Shown in pieces: positions 16,970 to 19,086 of a DNA stretch of 19,086 nt. The position numbers were made by a program, and so were the translations under genes. A model generated the notes under the pieces. It saw nothing but the letters and a program-made list of their open reading frames with translations, was not told where the DNA came from and did no database searches. Each line of letters opens with the position of its first letter. Position 1 is the first letter of the stretch. The stretch covers positions 1 to 19,086 of the forward strand of contig JAQGDQ010001969.1 of the NCBI GenBank assembly GCA_030141605.1, read 5' to 3'. This DNA comes from Tubiluchus corallicola. Lineage: Eukaryota > Animalia > Priapulida.

Positions 16970-19086
16970 CTGCGATCTGTCTGTCCACTATCCAAGGATA
17001 CTTCGAAATCCAGACTTGGCGATCTAGATCGTAGCTGAGTCCTTCACGGATCAAGCGTAGCTCACTTTCTTCCCGGAAACTGCAGGTATGCCCGGGTATA
17101 GGGCACTTACCACACCGACATGCCCCACATTTCGGCACAATCTGAGTTCCGAGTGCTTCAGCTGCAAAGAAGGTGTCACAGTTATCTTCTGTACCAACTG
17201 AAAATGATGACATAGAATCACCCGACTGCTTTACCACTAGGCACTCCTGTGGATTGAGCTGTGGATGACTTAAAACTTCAGTACTGAAATTAGAGACCTT
17301 TGCATGAAAAATAGCTTCTTTCCAGCATCCATTTGCCTTTCTGGTAGTGTCAAATAGCTCTGGATGAGATCCACCCAAACACCTACCAAACATATTTTCC
17401 ATAATGAAAAGATGAGCACCATCTGATCTGATTGGTTGAGGTTGCCATCCAGCTTTAAAATTGCCAAGTAAAAGCTCCACTGCGCCACTCGGACGCTTAA
17501 GGTCCCCAACTGAAATCCCTGGAAAAATACGCTTCACCACTGTCATGTCAACTGGAGAAATGCTTCCAGTTTTTGAATCCAAGCCGTATGCCAAAAAGGT
17601 ATGACGTTGATTATCTTTATCCATTATCGTGACGTTATACACATGAGTTTCCAAAGTTTCAACATGTCCCTGCAAAGTTTTAACATCAATTATCTCACTT
17701 TTTCCAGGGAACTTATTCTGCTTTGCACAGTCATGTGTTATAAACATTCCAGAACTTCCTGAATCAAAGAAAGCATTGATTTTACTGCCCCGCCTTGGTC
17801 CTTGAATCTCCATTATATGAAGTAATGTTGTTGAATCAGTACCAGCACTATCCGTCACAGTAGCTGATGTAACCTTCTTAGCATCCAAACAATTTGAAAT
17901 AGTTGTTGAATCAACCACTTCAACATTTGATTTTGAAACACTACCAGGCCCAGATTGCATCTCTTTAGAGCAGAGCATTGTATGGTGACCTCCATTCTGA
18001 CACTTCTTGCACTTTGCTGTGCCCTTGCATATTACTGCCACATGATTTCCAAAGCAGATATAACAAGCACCATGCCTCTTTATTACATCTCGTCTTTGAT
18101 TAACAGTCATATTTTTGAACTTTTCACAATCCCTGTTTAAATGGTCATTTACTTCGCATGTGCTGCACTTGAAGTAAGGTCTTTTGTCACCCATCCTCCC
18201 GTTTGCTTTACATTCACGAGCAAAATGTCCTTGTTTGCCACATTTGAAACAGCTTTTTAACTTAGCACCGCAACCAGTCCCAAAGGCTTCGGGTTGAATG
18301 TCCTGATAATGGCTACTGACACTGCCAAACTGCTTTCGTACACCTGCAGTTAAATACTCTACGCGCTCCTTTTCCATTAACAAAAATGGTAAAAGAAGCT
18401 TGAAAGGTTCCAGTCTCTCCTCATCACTCTTGCTGATGATGTGCCTTGCCCATTCATTACGAATATCTTCTGGTAACCTGCGTTCAATTTCAGCTAGTGC
18501 CCCCGCATTGCTAATTTCCTGCAACATACCTAGTGACTTTAGTTTTGTACTGGCTTTTTCTATCCTGTCGACAAACTTTATGAAACCAACATGGTTGCCA
18601 GAAGATAAAGGCTTGACATCTCTGATTTCTGCCATGATGCTTTCAGTGACTTTTTTTCTATCTCCATATTTTCTTTCAAGGCGTTTAATCATTTCAGCGT
18701 AGTTGTCATTACAGGCAGCTACTAGATCCGCCGCCTCTCCACTTAGTTTCTCATTCAAGATGGCAGCCCAAAATTCACTGGAATAATGTTTTTCGACAAT
18801 CCTCCTCCAATTTGTGATGAACGTTGGCCATTCACTGTAGCCACCACAAAAACCGGGAATTGGTATTGCTTCCAATTTTGCTCTACCAGATGCTTGCTCA
18901 TTTCTAGTGTTGTTTGACATGCCAGATGCATGATTGTTTTGCAATGATTGAGAACCAATATAGTTCATTGCTTTGTCATTTATCTCTTTAACAATTGTCT
19001 CTACGTCATTGAATCTTCTATCCTCTTCCTGATAGTCAGCAAGCAAGGAAGCATATTTGGTGAATGATAACCTCACTTTTTCCAAC
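16962..19086 (-). CDS. gag: BEL Gag + protease of element 2 (5'-truncated by window)
   Basis: KLEAIPIPGFCGGYSEWPTF; CFKCGKQGHFAREC plus three BEL knuckles; protease FFDSGSSGMFIT; PKCGACRCGKC; ends by frameshift after YPWIVDR. Confidence 0.9.
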   Translation of the reverse strand, partial: LEKVRLSFTKYASLLADYQEEDRRFNDVETIVKEINDKAMNYIGSQSLQNNHASGMSNNTRNEQASGRAKLEAIPIPGFCGGYSEWPTFITNWRRIVEKHYSSEFWAAILNEKLSGEAADLVAACNDNYAEMIKRLERKYGDRKKVTESIMAEIRDVKPLSSGNHVGFIKFVDRIEKASTKLKSLGMLQEISNAGALAEIERRLPEDIRNEWARHIISKSDEERLEPFKLLLPFLLMEKERVEYLTAGVRKQFGSVSSHYQDIQPEAFGTGCGAKLKSCFKCGKQGHFARECKANGRMGDKRPYFKCSTCEVNDHLNRDCEKFKNMTVNQRRDVIKRHGACYICFGNHVAVICKGTAKCKKCQNGGHHTMLCSKEMQSGPGSVSKSNVEVVDSTTISNCLDAKKVTSATVTDSAGTDSTTLLHIMEIQGPRRGSKINAFFDSGSSGMFITHDCAKQNKFPGKSEIIDVKTLQGHVETLETHVYNVTIMDKDNQRHTFLAYGLDSKTGSISPVDMTVVKRIFPGISVGDLKRPSGAVELLLGNFKAGWQPQPIRSDGAHLFIMENMFGRCLGGSHPELFDTTRKANGCWKEAIFHAKVSNFSTEVLSHPQLNPQECLVVKQSGDSMSSFSVGTEDNCDTFFAAEALGTQIVPKCGACRCGKCPIPGHTCSFREESELRLIREGLSYDLDRQVWISKYPWIVDRQIAVA

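Larger units (their letters stand above)
13085..19086 (-). mobile_element. BEL/Pao-family LTR retrotransposon (element 2), 5' end outside window
   Basis: Gag-PR-RT-RNaseH-IN on the minus strand; highly diverged from element 1; left boundary inferred from the putative 3' LTR. Confidence 0.88.

Noticed and set aside
13940-18958. Many short ORFs overlapping element 2 (and similarly element 1)
   Set aside because: Shadow or alternative frames of gag-pol without motifs.

Overview
Eukaryotic (probably invertebrate animal) transposon-dense DNA with no recognisable host gene. Left: a near-intact, young BEL/Pao LTR retrotransposon on + (1024-8145). It has ~222-bp LTRs TGTCGTG...CACGACA differing by 2 substitutions and 1 indel, a tRNA-Phe-like PBS, a PPT, and gag-protease and RT-RNaseH-integrase ORFs split by a -1 frame change. 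Directly upstream is a ~450-bp 'shattered' mini-copy of a sister element (gag start + pol end + inverted pol end + deleted 3'UTR + PPT) that shares the 5' LTR. Middle (~8.6-12.6 kb): three decayed fragments of a Polinton/Maverick(adintovirus)-type protein-primed DNA polymerase B in -,+,- orientation, a GC/TTAGG-rich spacer and a CArG-box repeat. Right: a second, distantly related BEL/Pao element on - (13085 to the window edge), whose gag-pol is broken by one 4-bp duplication. I find no clear new system; the most unusual items are the rearranged mini-copy, the PPT/U3 fold-back hairpin and the pPolB fragment architecture. All calls come from reading motifs by eye; no searches were run.
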